Assembly: GCA_964512185.1 (NCBI GenBank)
Contig: CAZEJJ010000003.1
Span: forward strand, 36,941 to 100,940
Source: an uncultured Enterobacterales bacterium
GTDB lineage: Bacteria > Myxococcota_A > UBA796 > JAFGLY01
Length of the DNA stretch: 64,000 nucleotides
Reading direction: 5' to 3'
Notes under the pieces: generated by a model
The model's input: only the letters and a program-made list of their open reading frames with translations
Database searches by the model: none
Told to the model about the DNA's origin: nothing
Made by a program: the position numbers and the translations under genes
Part shown: positions 26,401-33,237 of the stretch, in pieces
Position numbering within the stretch: position 1 is the stretch's first letter
How the letters are laid out: every line of letters starts with the position of its first letter

Positions 26401-28524
26401 GCGGGCCACGCCGATGCTGATGAGCCGCCGGTGCGGCTGGAGCATGTCCGGCGCCATGGCCAGGATGCGGCGGTAGCGCTTCTCGGCCAGGGCGAGCTCC
26501 CCCTGCCGCTCCCGCTGGGCCGCGTCCAGCAGGGCCAGCCGCAAGAAGATGCGGCGCGCGCGGGTGTGGTGCTCGTGCCCCCGGGGATAGCGCTTCATCA
26601 CCGTCTCGTAGGCGGCCAGGGCGCGGTCGTAGAACCGCAGCGCCCGCGAGAGCTTGCCTCCCTTGCGCAACGCCTCGGACAGGTCCAGCGAGATCCGCCC
26701 CAGTTGAAACGCGGCCTGCGCCACCTCCTGGCCCAGGTCCTGGTTCTGGCTGGCCCGACCGGTCAGCGCGTGCAGCGCCTCGATGGCAAGCTCCGGCTCC
26801 CCCGCGCGCTCCAGCAGGGTCGCCATGCGCAGACGGGCCACCGCGTCGAACAGCGGGTCCACGCCGGGCAGCTCCACCAGCACCCGAAGCCGCTCCAGCT
26901 CGGCGGTGGGTGAGGCGGCGTGCTTGCGGCTCAGGGCCAGCACCGCGCCGGCGGCCCGTCGGCGCCATCGCCGCTGCGCCGGGTACGCGCGCAGCAGGTC
27001 GAGGTAGTATCGGCTCAGCTGCACCGGCTGGTTGGAGGGGGCCATCAGCTTGCCCAGGCGGTAGCGGGCCTCCACGGCGGCGCCCTTCTGGTCCGGGTAG
27101 CGCGCCAGCAGGGCCTCATATGCAGCGAGCGCGTCTGCCACGCGCTGGCCCTGCCTCAGCACGTCCCCCCGGCGCAGCAGCAGGTGCGCTGCCACCACGG
27201 GCTGCGGATCGGCGGGCAGGTCCAGGCCGTCCAGCCGCGCCAGGGCGCCATCGATCTCGGCTCCCGGCACGGGCGGCTCGCGACCGGTGAGCGGCAGCAC
27301 CGCCAGGTCGATGGCGGCCAGCTGGGCGTACACGCCGTGGCGCAGGGCGGACTCCTTTACCAGCCGCTGGTAGAGCCGGGCGGCCCGACGGGGCTGGCGC
27401 AGATCCCGCCGCAGGCTCGCCTCCAGGAACCGCGCCCTCGAGACCTCCTGGTTGGATCGATCCCCCGCCGTGACCTTCTGCAGGCAGAGCAGCTGATCTC
27501 GCGGGTGCTCTTGCCTCAGCGCCAGGGCGAGCTGTTCGCCCGGCGTGGCCAGCCGTGGCACCGCGCCGCCGGCCGGAAGGAGCCCCACGTCGAGGGTCCC
27601 GGCCTGCCTGCCGGTGAACACGAGCCCGGCGCGATGGGGCCGCGGGAACAGCGCGGTGCGGCGCCCGCTGGTGAGCGGGGTGGCCAGGGCCTGGGCGGCG
27701 GCTGGCGTGGCCGCTCCCAGCGCGCGCTGGAGGTCCACCGACCAGAGCGAGGCGGGCGGCTCCCCCTTCATCGGGTCGCCCGGCGGGAGCGAGTCGAAGC
27801 GGGCGTAGACCAGCTGGCTCCCGTCGGGGGAGAAGGCGGCGAACCCGGCGTGGAAGTCGGCGCTGGTCACCAGCCGTTGCTCCTCGCCGTCGGGCCGTGA
27901 CACCGCGATGCGCCCCCTGCCCGCGGGGTCGAACAGGGTGTAAGCCAGGTACCGGCCGTCGGGGGAGGGGGCCGGATGATCAGCGCCCCAGCCGGTCACC
28001 GCGCGGCGCCGGCCAGAGTCCAGCTCGATGCGCTCGATGCGAGTTCGGCCCTCGGGGCCCGCGGCGAAGAAGAGCGCCCGCCCGTCGGGCGAGAAGGCCG
28101 GGTGCCCGTCGGCGGTGTCCCGGCCGGTCAGCCCGCGCGTCTTGCCGCCCTTCCATATAAAGAGGTCGCCCTTGACGTCCCGCCGCATGGAGACGAACGC
28201 CACGGCCTTGCCATCGGGGGACCAGGCCGGCTGGGTGTCGGTGGCCACATGCCGCGTGAGCCGGCGCGGCGTGCCGCTGGTCAGGTCCTTGATCCAGACG
28301 TCGAGGTTCCCGTCCTGATCGCTGGCGTAGACCAGCCGGCGGCCGTCGGGCGACAGGGAGCCCCCCAGCTCGTCCCCGGCGAGGGAGGTGAGCCACACAG
28401 GGCGGGCCATGCCCTGGCCAGCGCGAGGCAGGCGGTACTCGGGCAGCAGCGCCCGGCGCCGGTCGCCGCCGCAAGCCGCCAGCAGCAGGGCGGCCGCGAG
28501 GGTTATGGTCAGGCCTCGCCTCAC
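20479..28524 (-). CDS. giant lipoprotein: TolB/PD40 beta-propeller + about 1800 aa TPR-like repeats + C-terminal CHAT (caspase-like) domain
   Basis: GTG 28524 overlaps the YdbL-like stop (GTGA) and opens RRGLTITLAAALLLAAC (lipobox). PD40 repeats LSPDGRRLVYASDQDGNLDVW, AWSPDGKAVAF, FSPDGRALFF, PSPDGRYLAY. CHAT His HVATHGKF and Cys LVLLSACETG. The ORF-track extension to 29055 overlaps the neighbouring gene out of frame. Confidence 0.8.
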   Translation of the reverse strand: MRRGLTITLAAALLLAACGGDRRRALLPEYRLPRAGQGMARPVWLTSLAGDELGGSLSPDGRRLVYASDQDGNLDVWIKDLTSGTPRRLTRHVATDTQPAWSPDGKAVAFVSMRRDVKGDLFIWKGGKTRGLTGRDTADGHPAFSPDGRALFFAAGPEGRTRIERIELDSGRRRAVTGWGADHPAPSPDGRYLAYTLFDPAGRGRIAVSRPDGEEQRLVTSADFHAGFAAFSPDGSQLVYARFDSLPPGDPMKGEPPASLWSVDLQRALGAATPAAAQALATPLTSGRRTALFPRPHRAGLVFTGRQAGTLDVGLLPAGGAVPRLATPGEQLALALRQEHPRDQLLCLQKVTAGDRSNQEVSRARFLEASLRRDLRQPRRAARLYQRLVKESALRHGVYAQLAAIDLAVLPLTGREPPVPGAEIDGALARLDGLDLPADPQPVVAAHLLLRRGDVLRQGQRVADALAAYEALLARYPDQKGAAVEARYRLGKLMAPSNQPVQLSRYYLDLLRAYPAQRRWRRRAAGAVLALSRKHAASPTAELERLRVLVELPGVDPLFDAVARLRMATLLERAGEPELAIEALHALTGRASQNQDLGQEVAQAAFQLGRISLDLSEALRKGGKLSRALRFYDRALAAYETVMKRYPRGHEHHTRARRIFLRLALLDAAQRERQGELALAEKRYRRILAMAPDMLQPHRRLISIGVARGQREALRARYLARVGRSPTDAAGHYGLAYLDTLSEPVDEDALGRAEERLRRVIGLAPRSPFGHMTLGWVHEMRERLLGQRHRAHLEEAITLYERARALNDPKLDLQTEADLLVNLCNAFANLGNGWTQAHRFCARRHRLRIPFRQRQREAMFRLTFGRASTALDQHEAAARELEHALDLARALDDRGLEAQVAARLALTAHLRGDHQASNRHFARAEALLRRSGRGELLAGLLRSMAYNLALQGKAAEAGKMLQRAAKALGRHGVPAQEEISRIGPAGRTTAPFGFDADDERYLSLAIRGLNHRQGEAWPEVVSLLRRRVANRQKILEPRKDEELHRELGLLHSQLGVAELRLGRRAAFRRAAAAARKALARSTTEAVPLDLQLALGLNEAEELLTDAGAGLGAMDPVLQRLRQLDQRRERQARADGADPLPRRMRLALWTDLALLNLRCQRLRGAVAAPAGNISDAAQRAERTLRHLRDQTAASRQAVTLLRRVQAETAPDAAAEETDPAELEARGVLAPLHRPLSAAERARWHTLAGLNLALVAAGLTPPPRLADHPTTAALERLLPSTKGDLRHAVAAELAHRRRDLPAMKAAVSALLKAAPAWLLDPGYATRADTVRALVFGRAVDLALALDQPREALAFAEQRERRAFADDLWRLPLAGHGRAAAPVAALRQSWKAGDEARTRKSMTSLARVFPRVAGLLEAGPFPLVRVAASLDPDAVAISAVVAGDGGWVLVRLGPDAAVKMIRVQPTAGNAAAREARLGPALRRLAGQAARVYADLGRISPELSPERILTGKEVVRLATLWQLADAAPLARPAAPGLLVVDPDPRRAASLARLAGGKALSGAALTRSDLDLKLERAGALLWTGPLRHDGQSPANLRLLLRKGTGHRLEDLRLPHALGLALRGHVLALVTEAGSGVLASRPRRVALCRMAHAMGTPTLLLVSSRGAQKTLRRLLDSKDGRRLSARVASAGAPGGALQLMGYGGLASEAARALARRQLKKLAFAGAKAFNKKRLPEAVEKLERALLLMDHLGDEKYLDGTLLYLANSYTLLKDQARAVPMAERLLSTRTAAVKAAAAARERLAGAPGLKKAHKKLLTAQARRIKALMLMGWLRLRTEQYDMALEANAEAIKMYGAVGRPTRAIVAHRQRSTIADKKGDYATALASASEALRLSLLALKKARKKLGARVKVVDAALQVALRQRSRFSRLEEAMAAARLSLEQLDLLPATAQKKAAPRRLEALLELSRIKGAMGNYGEAVARARQAGRLAVEVGIRGRARALLEEVNNLFFLGAHGQALVAADEGVTLAARDRLRRLQFLNARGSILAALGRGEEALAAVDAALALARSLGKKREVAASHNNRGDALRLQARFAEARREFARALTLDRAEGYRFGEANDLANLGLVLGKLGDARGARKHLGKAAKLGRELDAARVECKALAGLAHLALASGRPADARKQVKRGLALSAGRALVSWRWRFLLLSARALRAQGQEARARAALRDGISLVEDRPPRTGRAPGAPDVDESEQDLYHELVDSLAGAGKAKEALAVSEQLRARDLADLVSRDAGRIPQEQAQGLARTVSARQGELAAARAAALRATTPRDREKALAAARQARAALAASRQTLAALSPWLPGLVMPGAPAADDLVALGRSVKGAQVVSYHPTRRRLVIWLLGGGDQLHMKTVPVTRERLTRLVARHRKAVTSYHDDGAEARALHRLLLAPVADRLSSERLLVVPAGPLHMVPFAALHDGKDYEVARRTISYLPSVASIGRFGADRPAAPAGGWLSFAWAGKGPRPLTFAAREAEALAEQYPDTRVVAGADATVANFLALAPAAAGIHVATHGKFNPRAPLSSTLALSGGDLSILKLLAVRLTADLVLLSACETGRGHPDGAWRAVGLHRAFMAAGARRVVSTTYRVSDLGSALLMKHLFRRLDRGPAEALRAAQLHLRRRYPHPAFWAGFRVDGAP

Positions 28525-29078
28525 CGGGGCTTCACCTCCACCCAGCGCCCGTCGTCGAGCTGGACCAGGTCCCCGGGGCGTGCCGCCTCCCGGTTGAGGC
28601 GCTGGAAGATGCGCGTGACCAGGGGGCGGTCCCTGTCGGACAGCTTCGGGTCGAGCTGGAGCACGCAGGAGATGATGGTGGCGCGGGCGTCGTTCTCCTG
28701 CTTGACCAGGCGGCGGGCGCGAGCGGCGCGGGCCTCGTCTTCGGGCGGGCTGAGCAGCACCAGCTTGCCCGCCTTCCCCTCGCCCGCGGCCTTGTCCTGC
28801 TTGAGCGCCTCCACGTCGTCGCGGATGAACTCTCGCAGCAGCATGGCCTCTGCGGCCTCGCGCCGCAGGCCGGCCAGGCCCCCGCCCGGCGCGCGCGCGT
28901 CGCTGCCCCTCACCGACGAGGCGAGCACCAGGTCCTGCTCCAGGCGGGTGAACGCGCCGAGCACCTGGTTCTCCAGCTGGGTCTTCCGGTCCAGCACCAC
29001 CGGCTTGACCGTGACGCAGGCAGGCGCCAGCAGCCAGGCCGCCATCGCCATGCAAAATGTTCGCGTGGTCAGCTTCAT
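28521..29078 (-). CDS. YdbL-like (DUF1318) periplasmic protein
   Basis: ATG 29078 overlaps the upstream stop (ATGA). Signal peptide MKLTTRTFCMAMAAWLLAPA. AGEGKAGKLVLL, VKQENDARATII and PGDLVQLDDGRWVEVK resemble the YdbL pattern as I remember it. Confidence 0.5.
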   Translation of the reverse strand: MKLTTRTFCMAMAAWLLAPACVTVKPVVLDRKTQLENQVLGAFTRLEQDLVLASSVRGSDARAPGGGLAGLRREAAEAMLLREFIRDDVEALKQDKAAGEGKAGKLVLLSPPEDEARAARARRLVKQENDARATIISCVLQLDPKLSDRDRPLVTRIFQRLNREAARPGDLVQLDDGRWVEVKPR

Positions 29079-32000
29079 TTCTTCGCCACCTTCTTGGCGC
29101 CGAGGGCGCGCTCGACCTTGCGCAGAATCGGCGTCACCTCGCGGCGCAGCACCGGCAAAATATTCAGCCGCCTGATGCGCATGTTTCGGAGCACCCGCTT
29201 GAGGACGGTCCCCACCACGAACCAGGCGTCCATGTCGATGTCCATGTTCAGGTTGCCATGCTTGATCCAGAGCGAGACCAGCTGCACCCGGGGATCGATC
29301 CACTTGAGGTACCAGGAGCCGAGCAGCTTGCGGTTCTCCTGCACGCTGCCGTTGGTGCCGTCCGGGTCGAGGTAGGCCAGCAGGGAGTCGAGCATCTTGA
29401 GCGACAGCCGGGTGATCTCCACTCTGCCCTCGAGCTCCTCGCGCGCGGGGCGGTAGCCGAAGTCGAGCAGCGCCGACACCTCTGTCTCCGAGTCGCGGCC
29501 CCTGGCATCGGGGTTGAGGTAGGCGAGGTTGACGCCCGTGACCTGGGTGCGCAGGTGCAGCACCAGGTCCAGCGGGGCCAGGCTCAACACCTGCACCTGC
29601 ATGGCGCCGGCGATGTCGCCGCCGAAAAGCTTGAGGTACAGGCGCCTCATCTTCAGCGCGTTGTCGGCCAGGGTCAGGTCAAGGTGGGCCCGATCCAGCT
29701 GCAGCCGCTGGGGCCCGCGGGCGGTGGGGCGCTCCAGGGACATGCCCCCGAGGGTGAGCCCCGCGGCGCGCCGGGTGTAAGGGCGCAGCTCGTGGTACAG
29801 GGCCGTCCGATTGGAGAGGTCGGTGATCGCCACCGATGGAGCAGGAAGGCGCAGGCGCCCGCGCCGCAGCAGCAGGGTCTGCTGGAACGGGATGTCCGCG
29901 TCCAGGTCGCGCAGCTGGATGTGGGATGCCCGGGCTCCCGAGCCGCCCCGCTGCCACAGGTGAAACGAGCGGCCCAGCAGGCGGCCGGCCAGGCGCAGCT
30001 TCTCGCCGCCCCTGGAGCGCAGGGAGAGCTCGGCGCCCAGCTTGCCCGCGCCGCGGACGCCCGGATAGAGGAAGGTGCTGCGCGCCTCCTCGGTGGTGGC
30101 CGGGGCGTCGATCCCTGCCGCGAGGGTAAGCTGAAACGGAGGCAGGCGCCCGGTGTCCAGCGGGATCAGGTCCTTGCCCTCGCCGGACAGGTCCAGGTAG
30201 ATCCCGCGGGTGGGCATCCGCAGGGAGAGCTGGCGCAGGTCGAGGTCCTTGAGGTCCCGCAGAGACAGGTCCAGGGCGAGGGTGTTCTTCAGCAGCGGCC
30301 GGTCCACCACGCCGCGCAGGGTCACGCGCGCCATCTCCGCAGCGACCTTGTGGCTGACCTGTTTGAGCTTCACCGCGGGCCCGGTGAGGGAGAACCCGGA
30401 CAGGTCGCCGGACATCTTGACCCCCAGCCCCGTCGCGCTCAGCCCGAGGCGGCCGAGGCGCAGGGTGTCGAGGGTCATGCTGCCCTGGTGGGTCGAGGCG
30501 AGCCCGGTGAGGTGAGGGCGGGGGCGCGGCAAGGAGATGCCCCCGTGGCCCGTGACGCTGTCGGCGAAGGAGAGCTTCAGGCCCTCGGCCAGCATGCCCT
30601 GCTCCTGGTGGCTCGCCCGGGCCAGGGTGGAGGTGAGCTTGATGGTGGAGGTGCCGCCCCGGGCCGGGTCGTAGGTCGCCTGGAGCTGCGTGGCCTTCTG
30701 CTTCAGCGAGAGGGTGTTGGCCGGCAGCGCCATGGCCATCGAGCCGACGGTCCAGTCCACCGAGGCGCGGGTCTTTCCAAGGCGGGCCGAGCGCCCCGAC
30801 AGCAGCCGCGCTGCGGGCAGCGCGGCCGCCAGGCGGTGATCCAGGCGCAGCGCCTTGACCGTCAGGCCGAGGTCCTCCTTGTGCGCGCGCTTCAGCCCGA
30901 GCACAAGGCGCGAGTCCAGCGCCCGGCGGCCCAGGCGCAGGTCCGGATCCAGGGTCACGCCGCTGATCACGAGCTTCTGGTCGGACATGGACAGCGCGCC
31001 CAGGGTGAGCTTGCCGTCCAGGGCCAGGGCGCCTGCGCGGGCGGTGAGCCCGAGGTCGCCGTCCAGCGGGCCGGCGGTGATCTTGCGCCCCGGGTCGTCC
31101 AGCCCGATCCGGGTGAGGCCCAGCTTCACCTTGCCGGCCAGGGGGAGGTCCAGGGGGCGCATGGGGCCAGCGCCAGGCAGGCGGCCGGTGACGTTCGCGG
31201 TGAGGCCCAGCTTGCCGGTGAGCTTCATGCGCCCGAGCGGCGCCTTGAGCTCGCCCGGGAGCCAGGCGATGACGCGCGCCAGATCCAGCGGCTTTATCTC
31301 CAGCTGCGCGGCGAGGGAGCGGGCGCCCCACTGCTCCAGGTTCCCGCTCAGCCGCGCCTGGAGCAGGCCGGGCAGCTTCAGCTCGAGCTCGCGCAGGCGC
31401 GCCCGTCGCTGGCGCATCTGGGCCGAGCCGGCCATGGATGCGCTGACCCCGAGGGAAAGCCGCCCGGTGGCCCGGCTGGTGTAGGTCAGCGTCGGGATCC
31501 GGAGCGTCATCCTGGCCCCCGCGGGCCCGGGCTGCAGGCCACCGTCCAGGCCGAGCCCGCCGGCCAGGCGCAGGTCGATCCCCCGGGCGCGCACGCCGGC
31601 GCCCTTGAAGGCGCCGAGGCGGAGGCGGCCGAGCACCGCCAGGGGAGCGGTTGATGTGGCCAGCGCGGCGCTGGAGGGCGGCGTGGCCGGATCGGGGACC
31701 GCCTGCAGCAGGGCCGCTGGGGTGGACGCGGCGGCGCCGCCGGCGGCCAGGGCCAGATCCAGGTCCAGGTTTCGCGCGTCCAGGGCCATACCCGCCGGGC
31801 TTTGCTTCTTCAGCCGGGCCCGGACCCGGGACAACAGGAGTCGGGCCGACAGCCGGGGCAGGGCAGGGGCCGCCGACGCGCCGGGCCGGATCAGGGCCTC
31901 CAGCTCGGGCCGGTCGCTTCGCAGGCGCAGGTCGCGCAGCTCAACCAGCCCGCCCAGCTCGACGCCGGGGACGAAGGGCCGCAGGTACGGCATCAGGCGA

Positions 32001-33025
32001 TCCAGCGGCAGGCGCAGCCGCCGCAGCAGCAGGTCGAGGCGCTGCTTGCCGGCCAGGTCGGTCACCGTCCCGGTGAAATCCACCAGCGGCTCCTCGGCCA
32101 GGGCGAGGCCGAGGCGGCTGATCTTTATCCTGCCGCGGCCCAGGTCGGCGTCTGCGGCCAGCCGCAGGGCCAGCCGCGCGGGGGCGAGCTCCTTGGGCGC
32201 GCGCAGCTTGTGGCTCTGGACATCAGCCTCCAGGGTCAGGTCGGCGCGGGGGCCGCGCAGCAGGTCGCGCACGCGCACCTTCAGCTCCAGCTTCGCGTCC
32301 AGCGCCGCCTCCACCGGTGAGGGCTTCTGCTGGTCGAGCCGGACGCTGGCGGTGGCACCCGGCCGCGGCGCCACCGTGACGCGCAGCTTCAAGTCGCTGC
32401 TCTTCGGGCTGAAGAAGCCGTTCAGCCCGAGGCTGACTTGATCCAGCACGATCTTGCGCGCGCCGTCCTCCACCGCAGCCGCCAGGCCGGTGATGGAGAG
32501 ATCGGCCAGCTGCACCTTGATGTCCGGCATGCTGCCAGACGGTTCCGGCTTCGGCTCCGGCTCGCCAGTGGTCAGCGCGGCGAGGAAGGCCTCCCAGTTG
32601 GTCTTCTTGCCCACGGTCTCCAGGTGCACCACGGGACGGTCGAGCTGCGCCTGCAGGATGGTGATCTCTCCCCGGTGGACAGCGCTCAGGTCGTAGCGCA
32701 GCACCAGCCGTCCCAGGCGGAGGAGCGGGCGATGGTACCCGGCCGGGGGGCCCAGCAGCACGTCGCGCAGCTCGAGCCGGGAGCCGGGGAGCAGCGACAT
32801 GCCGCCGATGTTGAGCCGTGGGTGGGAGAGCGCCTGCCGCGCGATGGGCAGGGCAGCGCGGCGCACGAGATCCGACGGAGGCGAGACCAGGAAGAGCAGC
32901 AGGCCGGCCACCAGGGCCAGCAACACCAGCGCGGTGGCGCCCATCGCATACAGCACGAGCCGGACGGCGCCCCAGCCGCCGCCACCGCGCGGGGGTACGG
33001 CCCCCGCTGGGTCTGGCCTTGCCAT
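29075..33025 (-). CDS. AsmA-like / YdbH-like giant envelope protein (N-terminal TM anchor)
   Basis: 1316 aa. N-terminal TM LVLYAMGATALVLLALVAGLLLFLV, then long repetitive beta-rich sequence (L.L.L..G periodicity). The YdbH-like call rests mainly on tight coupling to the YdbL-like gene. Confidence 0.5.
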   Translation of the reverse strand: MARPDPAGAVPPRGGGGWGAVRLVLYAMGATALVLLALVAGLLLFLVSPPSDLVRRAALPIARQALSHPRLNIGGMSLLPGSRLELRDVLLGPPAGYHRPLLRLGRLVLRYDLSAVHRGEITILQAQLDRPVVHLETVGKKTNWEAFLAALTTGEPEPKPEPSGSMPDIKVQLADLSITGLAAAVEDGARKIVLDQVSLGLNGFFSPKSSDLKLRVTVAPRPGATASVRLDQQKPSPVEAALDAKLELKVRVRDLLRGPRADLTLEADVQSHKLRAPKELAPARLALRLAADADLGRGRIKISRLGLALAEEPLVDFTGTVTDLAGKQRLDLLLRRLRLPLDRLMPYLRPFVPGVELGGLVELRDLRLRSDRPELEALIRPGASAAPALPRLSARLLLSRVRARLKKQSPAGMALDARNLDLDLALAAGGAAASTPAALLQAVPDPATPPSSAALATSTAPLAVLGRLRLGAFKGAGVRARGIDLRLAGGLGLDGGLQPGPAGARMTLRIPTLTYTSRATGRLSLGVSASMAGSAQMRQRRARLRELELKLPGLLQARLSGNLEQWGARSLAAQLEIKPLDLARVIAWLPGELKAPLGRMKLTGKLGLTANVTGRLPGAGPMRPLDLPLAGKVKLGLTRIGLDDPGRKITAGPLDGDLGLTARAGALALDGKLTLGALSMSDQKLVISGVTLDPDLRLGRRALDSRLVLGLKRAHKEDLGLTVKALRLDHRLAAALPAARLLSGRSARLGKTRASVDWTVGSMAMALPANTLSLKQKATQLQATYDPARGGTSTIKLTSTLARASHQEQGMLAEGLKLSFADSVTGHGGISLPRPRPHLTGLASTHQGSMTLDTLRLGRLGLSATGLGVKMSGDLSGFSLTGPAVKLKQVSHKVAAEMARVTLRGVVDRPLLKNTLALDLSLRDLKDLDLRQLSLRMPTRGIYLDLSGEGKDLIPLDTGRLPPFQLTLAAGIDAPATTEEARSTFLYPGVRGAGKLGAELSLRSRGGEKLRLAGRLLGRSFHLWQRGGSGARASHIQLRDLDADIPFQQTLLLRRGRLRLPAPSVAITDLSNRTALYHELRPYTRRAAGLTLGGMSLERPTARGPQRLQLDRAHLDLTLADNALKMRRLYLKLFGGDIAGAMQVQVLSLAPLDLVLHLRTQVTGVNLAYLNPDARGRDSETEVSALLDFGYRPAREELEGRVEITRLSLKMLDSLLAYLDPDGTNGSVQENRKLLGSWYLKWIDPRVQLVSLWIKHGNLNMDIDMDAWFVVGTVLKRVLRNMRIRRLNILPVLRREVTPILRKVERALGAKKVAKK

Positions 33026-33032
33026 GGGGTTG

Positions 33033-33038
33033 AATATA
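33033..33038 (-). promoter_or_regulatory. -10-like TATATT 7 nt upstream of the ATG (possible leaderless transcript)
   Basis: Minus strand reads CCGCTATATTCAACCCCATG. Confidence 0.3.
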
Positions 33039-33092
33039 GCGGACCGTCGCTCGGTCAGGATAGGGATAGAGCGCGAGCCTTTGACTCGCCAT

Positions 33093-33140
33093 TGCCCGGA
33101 TGCCCGGATGCCCGGATGCCAGAATGCCAGAATGAGAGAG
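33093..33140. repeat. 8-bp tandem array TGCCCGGA x3, TGCCAGAA x2, TGAGAGAG
   Basis: Six perfectly phased octamers in the divergent ydbH-like / metalloprotease intergenic region. Confidence 0.7.
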
Positions 33141-33237
33141 TCAGCGCGGACGAGGCCAGCGGCCCTCGCCTTGACTTGCCTGGGGGCGGCGATTCAGACT
33201 TCATGGTCTGTCGTTCCATTACAGGAGAAGACTTGCC

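Noticed and set aside
28525-29055. 177-codon N-terminal extension of the CHAT ORF in the ORF track (2858 aa).
   Set aside because: It overlaps the YdbL-like gene in another frame and its translation is Arg/Gly/Pro junk. A GTG with a stop overlap, followed by a perfect lipobox, gives a far better start at 28524.
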